This document shows positions 1-12,957 of a stretch of DNA of 64,000 bases, piece after piece (the first letter of the stretch is position 1; the number at the start of each line of letters is the position of its first letter). Made by a program: the position numbers and the translations under genes. Source of the stretch: Balamuthia mandrillaris (Eukaryota); NCBI GenBank assembly GCA_031835245.2, contig JAVKOQ020000112.1, positions 62,001 through 126,000 of the forward strand, in the 5' to 3' direction. The notes beneath the pieces were generated by a model that was given only the letters and a program-made list of their open reading frames with translations, ran no database searches and was not told where the DNA came from.

Positions 1-562
1 CTTTCCGCTTATGGCACCACTGCAACAGATTTGCTTTCGGTGCTTTGGGAAGAAAAGTAGAGGAGGCTGAGGCAAGAGAGGGAGTGGAGGCTGACGACGT
101 AGCAGAAGCGGCACCCAGGAGAGAGGCTGTCGGTTGTTCTCCCTGCATTGCGTTCGGTGTGGTTGACTGGGTGGAAGAGGAAGACGGTGACAGCTCTTGA
201 GGCAGAGAGGGGGAAGTAGCGTCGCACGGCCGCCGATCCGTTTCCATTATTACTGTTGCTGCCAAAACGAAAATTCAAGTAAAAGCGGGTCTGATGTCCC
301 AGCCAGTGGCACGAAAACCGAGGCAAATGTCTGTATGCAAGCTTCACAACGAGCGGGCACGCCTTCGTGTGGTTTCCTCTCTGAAGTGGTATACACTACG
401 CTCCAAAGTGATGGAAGAGATTTTGGTCTTGGTGTGTTTTCCTTTGCTTGGGTGGGTTTGTGTGCGCGCGTTGCTGCACATGCATACAGACGCACCACCA
501 GATTAACCAACCAAATGAGGTGGTGAAAAGGCTCGCCCACCCACCCCTTCCACAATACAAGC

Positions 563-597
<35 letters not shown>

Positions 598-1021
598 ATC
601 GGTTCCTCCTTGCCGCACTGAGATCCGCCTCACACAAACAACAACACAAATAACTGTCGACAATAGAGGTGACATGTGTAATTGATCGTGTCGTCATGAA
701 ATACGCGTATTAAAAAAATACTGTAGGGAAAGCAAAAAATAAGAGAAGTTGGAAAAAAAAAAGTGTAGTGGTGGTGGGGGTGCTGCAGCAGAAAAGTTGG
801 GCCGACTTCCCTTTTTTTCCCTTTTGATTGTTGCCCTGCCCCCTCTTTCTCTCTGTCTGTCTTTCTTGTAGTAATTTTTGTGTGCAACAACAAGCTCCAG
901 TCACTACACTAAGTATTGACCTTGGTGGTTCACACCTGCACACTCCCCAAAAAACCCTCCACCAGGAGAAATTATTCGACAGAAGCATTCCACAAACTCC
1001 AAAAAAAAAAACAAAAGAAAT

Positions 1022-3748
1022 ATGGAACAACTCATCCCAATCATCAACAAGCTTCAAGATGTCTTCAACGCCATTGGCATGGAGTCTTTTGATCTCCCTC
1101 AAATCGTGGTGGTTGGCAGTCAATCCAGCGGCAAAAGCTCCGTCTTGGAAAATGTGGTGGGCAGGGACTTTTTGCCGCGAGGCATGGGCATCGTGACTCG
1201 GCGTCCCTTGGTCCTCCAACTCATCAATCTTCCCTCCAACTCGAGCGCTGGCAGCAGCAACGGCAAAGAAGGCGATGACGAAGGTACAGCACTTTTTTCC
1301 CCCTTTCTATGCTGCACTGCAAGAAGAAAGCAAACAGCTTGCTGATGGTTAAATCAACACAACCAAAGATCGTTTCAAAGAGTGGGGAGAGTTCTTGCAC
1401 AAACCAAACGAGCTCTTTTATGACTTTGATGCCATAAGGGAGGAGATTCAGAAAGAAACGGACCGTCTTTCCGGCAAAAACAAGGGCATATCGCATAACC
1501 CAATCAACCTCAAGATCTACTCGCCACATGTCTTGAATCTTACTCTTGTCGACTTGCCGGGTATCACAAGGGTTTGTACTTTTTGTTAAAAAATGTTTTT
1601 AACTTGCTTGAGTGACATTATTTACACCCGTTCCCAACCAGGTCCCTGTAGGAGATCAACCAACCGACATTGAAGCACAGATTAGGGAAATGGTGTTGAA
1701 ATATATTACCAAGCCGAACGCTATCATTTTGGCTGTTACGGCTGCCAATACTGATCTTTCGAATTCCGATGCCTTGAAGCTTGCTCGGGATGTTGACCCT
1801 GAGGGTGAGTTCTACCAATTCATTTCTTGAAGTTGGCCAACTTTTGTGACACCTTCTCTCTCTCTCTCTCTCTCTTTCACCAACAGGCAACCGCACAATC
1901 GGAGTCATCACAAAGATTGATTTGATGGACAAGGGAACTGATGCTGCGGACGTGCTGCAAGGCCAAGTCATTCCATTGCGTTTGGGCTACATCGGAGTGA
2001 TAAACCGTAGCCAACAGGATATTATCAAGAAAAAGAGCATCCGTCAGGCCTTGAAAGCAGAGGCGGACTTCTTCGCCACCCATCCCAAATACAGAAACCT
2101 GGCTGCTCGATGTGGTACCCCCTACTTGGCCAAAACTCTAAACAAGATCCTTATGAACCATATCAAGGACTGTCTACCGGAGCTCAAAGCCAAGATCAAC
2201 AAAATGGCTGCTGAGACTCAGGCGGAACTGCTCACCTATGGTGATCCCATTTACGATGGCAAGAATAGCCAAGGCGCCCTTCTTCTTCAAGTCATCACCA
2301 AGTTCAGCACTGACTTTAGGAACGCCATTGAGGGTAAGTCCGAAGAGCTGGCCCTCCAGGAACTCTACGGTGGTGCCAGAATCAACTATATTTTCAACGA
2401 TGTCTTTGGTCGCTGCCTTTTGCACATAAATCCTATTGATGGCATGACCATGAATGACATTCGCACAGCCATCCGCAATGCGACGGTGTGTGGTTGCTCT
2501 CCTCTTTCTTTCTTTTTTGGTTTTTGGCTGACACGAATGGCCTCACTTTTGTGCTCCAAAGGGTCCTCGAGCTGCCCTGTTTGTGCCCGAAGCTTCCTTT
2601 GAGTTGCTGGTCAAAAGGCAAATCCAGAGATTGGAAGAGCCAAGCCTTCAGTGCGTAGAGCTGGTGTATGATGAACTGCAACGCATCATTTCACAACTTG
2701 AATCAAAAGAGCTCCTCCGCTTCAATAGCTTGCGGAAAGAGGTGGTTGAGGTAGTCAACAACCTTCTTCATAAGTGCCGCCAACCCACCAAGCGAATGAT
2801 CTCCAACCTGATTTCTCTGGAGATGGCCTACATCAACACCAACCATCCGGACTTTGTGGGCGGGGGAGGCGCTATTTCTGCTGTATTTGAGCGCATGGCC
2901 CAAACTCATGCCCAAGAACAGATGCAGCTACAGCAAATGCAAATGCAACAAATGCAAGCTCAGCAACAAGGTGGCGCACCTTCTCAACAATGGGTAAGGA
3001 TACGAAGCGTTCCTGTCTTTCTTTGCGTACGCAATACTAACTGTTTCTCTTACTCGCTTAAAAGGCTGACGACAAAAAGAAAAAGAAGAAAACCCCAAAG
3101 AGCCTTCCCCCTCCTCCAGGCGAGATGGACGGAGCCTCTCCCCAAGGTTCCAACAGTTTCTTCCAGACATGGTTTGGCGGTCAGCGTGGACCTCAACCTC
3201 AATCACCCCATCCTCAGCAACAATCTCTGCAGTTGCAGGGCCAACCATCAAGTAGCTACTCGTCCGCTGGACGCGAACCGACTTCGGGCTCCAGACCCAA
3301 AACCACCCTTAAGAAGGAGAAGCTGTCACAAGTGCCCTCCACTATCAAAGCCGTCACCTCTCCCACCGACAAAGAAAAATTCGAAACGGAACTTATACGT
3401 ATGTTTCCCTCTCCTTTGCATTTCATTTTTATGTTTGTAGAGTGAAAGAAAACTAACGGCGATATCCATACAACAACAGAGTCATTGTTGATATCATACT
3501 TTAACATTGTGCGCAAGAACATTCAGGACATGGTGCCCAAGTCCATCATGCATTTTCTGGTGAACCAAGCCAAGGACACCATTCAGAACGAACTGGTGGC
3601 CAACCTCTACAAAGAGGAGCTATTTGAGGAGCTTCTGCAAGAGTCCTCCGCGGTGGCCTCTCGAAGGAAGCAGTGCTCTGCCATGCTGGAGGTTCTAAGG
3701 AGAGCCCAAGACATCCTCAACGAGGTCCGAGAGTCCGCCATCAAATAA
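1022..3748 (+). CDS. Dynamin-related GTPase (DRP1/DymA/Vps1-like), multi-exon
   Basis: [15 protein letters not shown]...[19 protein letters not shown] (P-loop), [18 protein letters not shown], middle domain, Q-rich insert, GED ([24 protein letters not shown]). ORF pieces are joined by GT-AG introns. Confidence 0.95.
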
Positions 3749-3959
3749 AAAAAAAAACGAAACGAAACGAAACGAGAACCTGTAGTTAGAGAGAGCAGCT
3801 GGGAAGATGGATTGTTGGTGGTGAAACATGTCTTTTTTTTTTCTTTATACTTTTTATCTCTTCAGTTGTCTCAAAACAATAGTTAGTGGTTGATACATAC
3901 ATATCTTTTTCCCCCCTCCCTTCTCCCAACCAGAAGCATGAGGAGAGAGAGAGTTGCAT

Positions 3960-5390
3960 TTAGTGGAAGAGGGTGTGGGCGAGCGAGGGACCATGCTCGT
4001 CGTAGCTCTGCCTGAACATCCAATTACTCTGAAAGGTGGAGAGGGAGGAGAGGATAGAGCCACCGATCCATGTCGCGTACTTCCTTTCTGGCGGGGCAAT
4101 GACCTTCACTTTCATGGTGGCTGGTGCCAATGCGGTCACCTCTCGCTGGAGGCGGTCCGCGAGGCCAGGGAACATGGAGGAGCCACCCGTTATCACAATG
4201 TTGCCATAAAAGTCCTTTCTGCAGTCGATGGGGCAGTTGGTGATGGCATTGTAGAGCAACTCGTGAATGCCAGGTATCTCCGAGCCAACAAGGTCGGGTT
4301 GGAAGAGCACCTCTTCGGTACAGCGAAAGAGCTCGCTGCCCAGGCGAATGACCTGCCCATCGGGCAGCTCGTAGTTCTTGGTCCTATCGCTCTCGTTGTA
4401 CAGTCGCTGCTCCGTCTCGTAGTCCTCCGCAACATAGCAGAGCTTCTCCTTGATGTCGCGGACGGTCTCATGCTCGGCGGAGCTGCTGGTCAGGTCGTAG
4501 CCGCTCCCCATGAGGAGGGTCTTTAGGCGGTCGGTGATGTCCCTGCCGCCAAAGTTGTGGCGAAAGGCTCCGCGAGGAGGAGAGTAGCCGTTGATGATGG
4601 GCAAGGCCTGCGCCACCCCCTCTCCTAGGCACATTGTGATGGCGGTGTTGCGGCCTGTCGAGTAGAAGGCCAGCAAGGGCCTTCTGGCTATGTAAAGGGC
4701 CGGCACGTTGAACTGCTCCATCATGATCTGCGTCATCATCTCTCGGTTCGCCCTCGGGTTGAGGATGGCCTCGCTCAGCAGGACCGGGTGCTCCTCAGGG
4801 TCCACCCTGATCTCGTTGAAGAAGGTGTGATGCCAGATCTTCTCCATTCCCTCCCAGTCCCTCACAATGCCATGCTGCATGGGAGAGGACAGGTTCAAAT
4901 AGCCTCTGTTGCAATGGGCCTCGTCCCCTACGTATGTGTCCTTCACGCTCCAACTGTAGTGGATACCGTTGGCGGCAAATGCCTTGTTGCTCCTTCCTAT
5001 GAGAGAAGGAAAAACACTGCGAGGGGCGTCGTCCCCTGCGAACCCCGCGCAAGTCATGTGGCTGCCGTTCGTTATGACGAGAGGGGTTACCTCCCCACGA
5101 CCCAGCAGAATGCGAAAGGGGGTTTGGCAGCCACGCGAGATTGTCCAGTCGGAGAGCTCCCTGAAGCCTTCTTCTTTGAGAAGCAGGGAGGCCACTTGCA
5201 TGACGGCGGGGGCGGGCTTGGGCAGGGTCGTCCTCCACTCCCGGCAGACGCCGCGGGCAATGCCCCGCATTACCGGCGAGAGAAAGGAGAGGACGTGGCC
5301 CCATATCTCCCAGGGCAAATTGGGTGTCGTGTTCACGTCTCCCTGCACGTGGCCTTCCTGGGTGGGCTTGTCTTGTTGCGACATGTCCAT
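3960..5390 (-). CDS. F-box domain fused to a divergent full-length actin; intronless
   Basis: N-terminal LPWEIWGHVLSFLSPVMRGIARGVCREW (F-box pattern), then AGFAGDDAPRSVFPS, WEGMEKIWHHTF, YELPDGQVI, APPERKYATWIGGSILSSLSTFQ (actin signatures). Confidence 0.9.
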   Translation of the reverse strand: MDMSQQDKPTQEGHVQGDVNTTPNLPWEIWGHVLSFLSPVMRGIARGVCREWRTTLPKPAPAVMQVASLLLKEEGFRELSDWTISRGCQTPFRILLGRGEVTPLVITNGSHMTCAGFAGDDAPRSVFPSLIGRSNKAFAANGIHYSWSVKDTYVGDEAHCNRGYLNLSSPMQHGIVRDWEGMEKIWHHTFFNEIRVDPEEHPVLLSEAILNPRANREMMTQIMMEQFNVPALYIARRPLLAFYSTGRNTAITMCLGEGVAQALPIINGYSPPRGAFRHNFGGRDITDRLKTLLMGSGYDLTSSSAEHETVRDIKEKLCYVAEDYETEQRLYNESDRTKNYELPDGQVIRLGSELFRCTEEVLFQPDLVGSEIPGIHELLYNAITNCPIDCRKDFYGNIVITGGSSMFPGLADRLQREVTALAPATMKVKVIAPPERKYATWIGGSILSSLSTFQSNWMFRQSYDEHGPSLAHTLFH

Positions 5391-5577
5391 GCGGTCTTCC
5401 CTCTCCTTCTTCTCTTTCTTCTGGCCGCTTTCTTTCCACCGACAGGCACGGCAGAAGGTGGGTAACTCGGTAACCCCAAATCTACCTTTTTGTTTTGCCC
5501 TGATCAGATGTTACCCGTGTCGACACGATCAATCGACATTTTTTTTTGTAGTTTGTATCAGTGGAAGAGGGGTGACG

Positions 5578-8500
5578 ATGCAACACCGAGCAGCAGCAGA
5601 AGGTGGTAGCTCTTCCTCCTTCTCCTCCTCCCCCGTGGCTTCTGACAGCCAGCAGTGGTGGTGGCATGGCCTCGTGGAGGCATTTGGCCAGATAAGAGAG
5701 GAGATAACGGGCTCGGTGGTGTATGTGGATGGGCCTGCTGCTGAGATTTTGCGCTGGACCTTTGGTGGGCTGCACTTCTTCTTCGAGTATGGGGCCACAC
5801 TCATCCATTTGTTGCCTGAAGCTTCCCTTCAGGATGACCAGTCGCATGCAGGGTAAAAAAACCCTTTATTTTTTCAACACATACACACAAGAAGAAGCAC
5901 AGTTTCATGTATTCACCTCATCTTTCTGCATGTAGTGGCGAGGCCAACAGAGGGACCACCACTTCCACGCGTGTTCTCTTTTTCCTCAGTACGCATTTTA
6001 CCTTTTTGTTGAGAAGAGCCATGCTCATTCTCATATGCTAATACCATCTCTGTCTCTCTGTCTCTCTCTCAGCCAATTACTTGCCAGAGTGCAGAGAGCA
6101 AGTGAAACGAGTGTTGCAAGGCCAACCCTTTTCAGAGTGCATCGTTTACACTGCGCTTGCTGAGCAGGACCATTCCCATTACCCAGAGCTTGGTGGTGGT
6201 CTTTTCAAGTATGTTACAGTGTTATATTATAATTCTTCTGCTTGTTCTTCTGCTTCTGCTTCTTCTTTTCTTGTATCTCACGTTTTTAAAATTTACAGTT
6301 CTTATAAGGCCATGATGAAAGACTGGATGCGACAACATCAACAAGCCTCCCTCTCCCCGTAAGTTCCTTTTGTTCCTCTCTTTTTAAATGGCTGTAATGG
6401 TCTATAGCATACCCACCAACAAACAACAGAGTTGTGGCCATTGTACCGTTTCCACTCTATGTCAGCCCGTTCTTCAACAACTGCTTTTTCTTGCCTGCTT
6501 GTCATGATGCTTTTCCTCTTTTACCTAAACTGGCAGCTTGTGCAGATCCTTCTTTGCAACAGTTTGGATTCTCTCTCTCTCGCGCGCTCTCTTCCCTTCT
6601 CACATATGTGTTTTGATGTTCGAATGAAGTAAATCTACAGCAAACCTGGATACTGCACTGCGGAGATTATCACAAACATTAACCAAAACACTAGAAACTT
6701 GGGTTGTGGAAGAAGAAATTTATGCTTTGGGTGCTACTTCCACGATACTGGCCAAACACATGCAACAACACAAGACTCAATCCTCATATGGAGGAACTAG
6801 GCCAAAAGTAGCTTTGCTTCTTGTAGATAGGGTAGGCTGGAGCGTTATTGTTACTTTGAAAGCTGACTTGTTGTCTAACCTCTCATCTGACTCGTGTTGC
6901 GTGCAAGACATTAGATTTTGTTTCTCCCTTACTGCACTCGAGCAACATCATGGACCTAATGCAACATTATTTGCCCAAGTCTGGTGATTATTCGAGCGAT
7001 GTTCTCTTCGATATGGTCTCCTTTTTGTCTCCAGCTCCTCCAAAGAGACAAACCTATCCAAAAGGTACCCTTCCATCAACAGTGAAGAAGTTTTTTAAAT
7101 ATTAAACCTAAAGTTATCATTGAAGATTATTCTTTGGAGGCAGGAATAGCCATGGGCAGCCTAGCACAGGGCAAACCAAACAGTCCTGAACGCTCGGTGC
7201 TGGAAACATTGGCTACCAAACCAGTCAAAGAAAGTTTGAACGCTTTAAGACAGCAGCTCATCGATGGTGGGCTTCAAGAAGGCTTGCCCATTAATATCAG
7301 TAAAGTTTCGGTATGTGTGTCGGTCTCAGTTGCACCTTATATTTTGTTGGCTTACTTCTTTGCATTAGCTAGGGAGTATGAATGCATCGCGGTTGCAAAC
7401 CCTGTTGAAAACATATCAAGATTCTCCGGTTGCATACTTCCGGCATAGTGCTTTGATGCAGTATTCAGTCGCTGTTTTACAAACTTTAAAACGTCCACCC
7501 GATAACTGGGAAGAGTTGGTTGGTTTGGAGAAAGTCCTGGTGCATACCTCTTGCGATCTTCAACAAAAAAGTCTATTAAACCAACTCGCGGAATTTGCAA
7601 ACAAACGTAGCAACCCTATCTACTTCCTCATCATCCAGATAAGTTAAAAATGCCAATGGCTGAACTCTCTCTCTCTCTCTCTCTCATCCAGGACGATATT
7701 CGGCTAGTACACTTCTACGACTTTGTCTCATGTCTTACTCACTAGTAGGGGCACGGGGCTTCAGTGAAGAGGATGAAAGAGCATTCGAGGACGCTCTTAT
7801 GGACCTTCTTTTGGACACTCCTTTGCAACAGGTCTGTTGTTGCTCTAGTTATTAATTCTCTTCCATCAGCTTATCTGGCTCCCTCATTTTTTTTAAAAAA
7901 AAAAGCAAAACGAAGAAGAATGGTTCTGGTTGATGCTGGGCGAGGCTGGCCAGATGCTACAACAACACTATGAGCAGCAACATAGAGCACAGATACGAGA
8001 GGAAGGCGACGTCGCTGACACGGAGGAAGATGCAAAGTATTTTCGCATGCAGCTCAAATTCCAGTTGAATGACACCATTGCCAATCTTCTCCATTTTTTC
8101 CGATATATCTCACGACTGCGAGCCAATTTTAAGGACTATGGGTGGGTTCTCTCTCTTTCTAGTATCTTTCCCTCTGTCATCTAACGATACCGTTACAGGT
8201 CGTTGGTGGAAGGCACAAGCGCGTGCATCTACAAGTCGCTGCTTGGTCAAGTGTTGGAGGATGCCCTCTCTCCTACTAAAACGCTCACCGATCTTGACAA
8301 GCAAAATGCTTCCTCCATGGAGTTCTTTTCGGGAGCAGCCTTAAGGTTCCCCCTTCTCCCTCACTCACTCCCTCTCTCTCTTTCTCTTTCTCTTTCTCTT
8401 TCTCTTTCTCTTTCTCTTTCTCTTTCTCTTTCTCTTTCTCTTTCTCTTTCTCTTTCTCTTTCTCTTTCTCTCATTCTCTCTCTCTCTCTCTCTCTCGCGC

Positions 8501-8891
8501 TGTCTCTGTCTCTGTGTCTCTCTCGCTGTCTCTGTCTCTGTTTCTCTCTGTCTCTCTATCATCCTTTGTGGTGTTGTGCTAATGAAAACAAAAAAGGGGA
8601 TTGGGAAGGCTAGGAGGATTGATGGGATCCTCCAAAGGAAAGACGGGAGGTAGGCGGCCGAGCGACGCACCTATCATTTTGTTGTTTGTGGTGGGTGGCA
8701 TCACATGCAGCGAGCTGGAAGTGCTGAGCCGAGTGGCTGCCTCCTCCCCTTCTCACCAGGTACTCTCTCCTTCTTCTTGTTTTTGTAAAAAAAGAAGTTA
8801 ACTGGGACCTCTGTAGGTACTAGTAGGCAGCACCGCTATGTGGCATCCTTCGGACAGTAGCATGCACCGCTCTATTGCGGAACGCTGTTAA
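5578..8891 (+). CDS. Sec1/Munc18-family domain protein (SCFD2/MIP3-like), multi-exon
   Basis: VVYVDGPAAEILRW, EEIYALGATS, KVALLLVDR-TLD, C-terminal ILLFVVGGITCSEL...VLVGST are typical of SM proteins. The exon model is approximate. Confidence 0.7.
8372..8556 (+). repeat. Intronic (CTTTCT)n / CT-rich microsatellite
   Basis: Tandem CTTTCT and CTCTGT units read directly. Confidence 0.9.
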
Positions 8892-9057
8892 CAGGCCTCT
8901 AGCAACGTGTTGGAAGTGTAAAAAAAAAATGAGGGGAGGAGTATATGTTTTGTTGTTTTTTCAGCCACTCTGGAGAAGAATATGTTTTACACGAGGGAGT
9001 GGTTTGGGGTGAGAGAGAGAGAGCGAGAGAGCGAGAGAGCGAGAGAGCGAGAAGCTT

Positions 9058-10103
9058 CTACTTTCTCCACCAGTTGAGAAGAGTCCTTTCTCTGCTGATC
9101 TTCTTTTGAAGCTGAATGATGCCGTAGAGGAGGGCTTCGGCGGTGGGCGGGCAACCAGGCACATAGATGTCAACCGGGACGATGCGGTCGCAGCCACGGA
9201 CCACCGAGTAGGAGTAGTGGTAGTAGCCGCCGCCGTTGGCGCAGCTGCCCATGCTGATCACGTACCTGGGCTCGGGCATCTGGTCGTAGACTTTTCGCAG
9301 GGCGGGAGCCATTTTGTTTGTGAGGGTGCCGGCCACGATCATGCAGTCGGCTTGTCGAGGAGAAGCACGAAAGACCACACCCAATCGATCCATGTCGTAG
9401 CGAGAGGCGGCTGTGTGCATCATCTTAAATAAAAAAAAAAGGGCAAAACAGAAGCGGAGTGAGATTCAAGCATAGACGCAAAGGGTACCATCAAGAATCA
9501 AAACAAAAGGCATAGAATCAAAAGGAGAGATTTTGTTTTCAAAAAAAAAAAAGTGCACTGTACCTCTACAGCGCAGCAAGCCAAGCCAAAGGTCATCGGC
9601 CAGAGGGATCCCGTTCGTGCCCAATTGATCAGCTGATCTACCTTTGAAATCACGTACTCCGTCTTGGTGAGGCCCGTCATGTTGGGCCTGGCCATTTGTG
9701 CGAGCTTGTTCATTGCCATCTTCCTTCCTGTGGTGGTTTGCTTCCTCTTCTCTTCCCTTGTTCTTATTCCTGCTGCCTCTTTTCCGCGTTCTATTTTTCT
9801 TTTGTATTTTTATTTGTAGATCGCATCATGTCGACGCTGGAGCTGAGCATAATACTACTTTGCCAGAGGAGTCTTTGCCTGAGGTGGCAACCGTTGCACG
9901 GAAAAGTTGTCTAACCTTCTGCTGACTCAGCAGGCATGCAGGGGCGTAGGCGGGGCGCCTCTCCTGTCGCCCTAGGGGCAGCCAGAAAAACCTGCCAAAA
10001 AAAGAAGACAGGAAAGAAAAAGAAAGAAAGAACGGGGGGAAAAGGAAAGGCCGGAGAGAGAGAGAGAGGGGCACGAAGAACGAAGAAGACTCTGCGCCCT
10101 CAT
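9058..10103 (-). CDS. NDUFS7: NADH:ubiquinone oxidoreductase subunit S7 (PSST/NuoB), multi-exon
   Basis: [67 protein letters not shown]. Confidence 0.96.
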
Positions 10104-10179
10104 ATTATTTAAAACTTTAAATTGAAGAGCCTGCTCTCCACAAAAACAAAAAAAACAAACAACACACACACACACAAAA

Positions 10180-12535
10180 ATGAGAAAAGGAGCGGCACTG
10201 GCTTGCACACTTCTTTTGGTGCTGCTGTGCAGCGTGCCCAGCGAGGGCAAAGAATACAAAGACGGGGAGATTGTGTCCTTCTTCGTCAATACCATTGGCC
10301 CGTTTGCCAACCCCTCTGAGATCTACCGATATTACTCCCTGCCCGTCTGTGCCCCCAAGTCAGGGAACCGCGACCCTCACAGGGGCTTCCACTTGGGAGA
10401 AACTTTGGAAGGCGACAAGTTCCTCCGCTCTCTCTACGAGCTCAAGTTCAAAGGTACCAATACTATTCCTTGTTTCTTTTCTTTCTTTTTCAAAGCGCTT
10501 CCTTACAAACTTCAACCTTTCTACTTTTTTTTTGGTTGAACCTTACAGACAACGAGGAGGACAAGCCTCTCTGTCAACGCACGTTTACTCTCTCCGATAT
10601 CAATACGCTCAAACAAGCCATTGATGAGCACTACTATTGGGAACTTATCTGCGGTATGTTTCGTCTTTTGTTTTTTCCCCCCTCACCTCACAACAAAAAA
10701 CGATTGGGCTTACCGTTTATACAATGCACGTTGTGCGAACAACACAGACGGCTTGCCGGTGCATGGCTTCCTTGGCACAACTGACATAGCCACAGGCAAC
10801 CACTATTTGTTCACCCATGTTGAATTCAAGTTGTTGTACAATGGGGAGAGGATCATCGCCGTGAATGCCACCTCCACCGCCAGCGATGTGGTGGAGCTGG
10901 AGACGCTTGCTGCTCTGTCTACTGACGCCGCCAGGAAGGTCTCCTTCACCTACTCTGTCAAATGGTTCCCCACCGATATTTCCTTTGAGCGCAGAAACTA
11001 TCTTGCCTCTGAGTTCTTCAACTCGGAGATGGAGATCCATTGGCTGGCCATCATGAACTCCTTCGTGTTGGTCATTTTGTTGACGGGCTTTTTGGCCATC
11101 ATCATAATGCGAGTTCTTAAGAGCGATTATACTCGCTACAACGATGAAGAGCAAGATGGTAACATTACCCTTCTTCATTCCTTTTTGTTTGCTCTCTCTT
11201 CCTCTCCTTTTCCGCCTAACAAAAACCAAAAAAAAAAAAAAATAGAAGAAGATTACGGTTGGAAGCTCATCCACGGAGATGTTTTCCGTTTCCCTCCAAA
11301 CAAGAACCTGTTCTGCGCTTGCGTGGGAGTGGGTGCCCAATTCCTGTGTGTGGCAATAGGAATTCTCCTGCTGGCTCTTGCCGGCATGTTCCACCCCAAC
11401 AGCAGGGGATCTCTTTACACTGTTGCCATCGTGCTATACGCCCTTACATCTGGTACGATTGTCTTTGTTGCAGGCGATGATATTGTGTGTATATGCGGTC
11501 ATTGTACTTATTTTATGTTTCCTTTTCTATTAAGCCATCGGAGGTTACGTCTCAGGCAATCTTTTCCGCAAGATGGGCGGTCAAAAGTGGGCGTGGAATA
11601 TCATGCTCACAGCTGGTCTCTTTGTCGTACCTTTCGTGATGATCTTCTCCGTGGTAAACTCTGTCGCTATTTCCTACGGTTCCACCACCGCTGTTCCTTT
11701 CTCTGGCATCATTGTGGTCTTCCTTATCCTTGTCTTTGGTACCACCTCCGTTTTTATATCTTTGCCAATCGCTGTAACTAACTTTTTGATATTCGGCTTA
11801 AAGTGGGGCTGCCTCTTACTATATTGGGAGGTATTGCTGGACGTAGGATTGGTAGTGGCGAGTTTGAGGCTCCTTGTCGTACCAAGAACTTCCCTCGCGA
11901 AATACCCCTCATTCCCTGGTTCGTATTGGTTTTTTTCCCTTGTTGAACACATTACTCAACTGTAATTGCTTGCGACAATGCAGGTACAGACAGGCACCAA
12001 TGCAGATGGTCATGGCTGGCTTCCTTCCCTTTAGGTCATATTTCTCATTCATCTCTCTCTCTCTCTCTCTCTCTCTCCCCCTCTCTCTCCCTCTCTCCAT
12101 TTCTATCTCCCCTTCTCATCATTTTTTTTAAAAAAATACAGTGCTATTTACATTGAGCTGTACTACATCTACTCGAGCGTGTGGGGACACAACGCATACA
12201 CTCTCTTTGGAATTCTGTTCCTTGTATTTATCATCCTCATCATCGTGACGGCATGCATTACAATCGCATTGACCTACTTCCAGCTGTCGATGGAGGACTA
12301 CCGCTGGTGGTGGCGGTCCTTCGCATCCGGCGGCTCCACTGGCCTCTTTATCTACGTCTACTCCTTCTTTTACTTTATGTATCGCTCTGAGATGCACGGC
12401 TTCTTGCAGCTCTCCTTCTACTTTGGCTACATGGCGCTCGTTTGCTGGTTCTTCTTCATCATGTTGGGCACCGTTGGTTTCTACAGCTCCCTCTTGTTCG
12501 TCCGCTCTATTTACCGCCAGATACACATTGATTAA
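10180..12535 (+). CDS. Transmembrane 9 superfamily (nonaspanin/EMP70, TM9SF1-like), multi-exon
   Basis: Signal peptide; [56 protein letters not shown]-terminal IYRQIHID. Confidence 0.93.
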
Positions 12536-12680
12536 TGGTGGTCCCATGACAATAACTATTCATTCCCCTTCTATTCCCCTCTATCTCTGCCTTTTCTTTT
12601 TGTGTGTGTTTTGTTGCCAGTGCGTGGGTTGCAGTGGTAGTTCGCGACGCTTATCATAAGGCTTCAGCGCTGTTTCCTGC

Positions 12681-12729
<49 letters not shown>

Positions 12730-12957
12730 TGTCCGCCAAAACAAAAAGCTGACATCAGCTGGGGTGATCAAAGATCAATCTGCACGAGGGGCTGTATAAC
12801 AATGCGCTTGAGGGGTAGTAATACAGAAGAAAGGGAAGAGAAGGAGGAAGGAAGGAAGGAAGGGGGCAGGCAGCCAACAAGAGGAAGAAAGAGACGCGTA
12901 GTAGGTCCCGTGAGAAGAAGCCAGAGAGAGACCGCGAATAACGGATTGGTCATTCGA

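Noticed and set aside
1..700. Short overlapping ORFs and a (CAA)n run upstream of dynamin
   Set aside because: No recognisable domain or consistent splice model; cannot be called.
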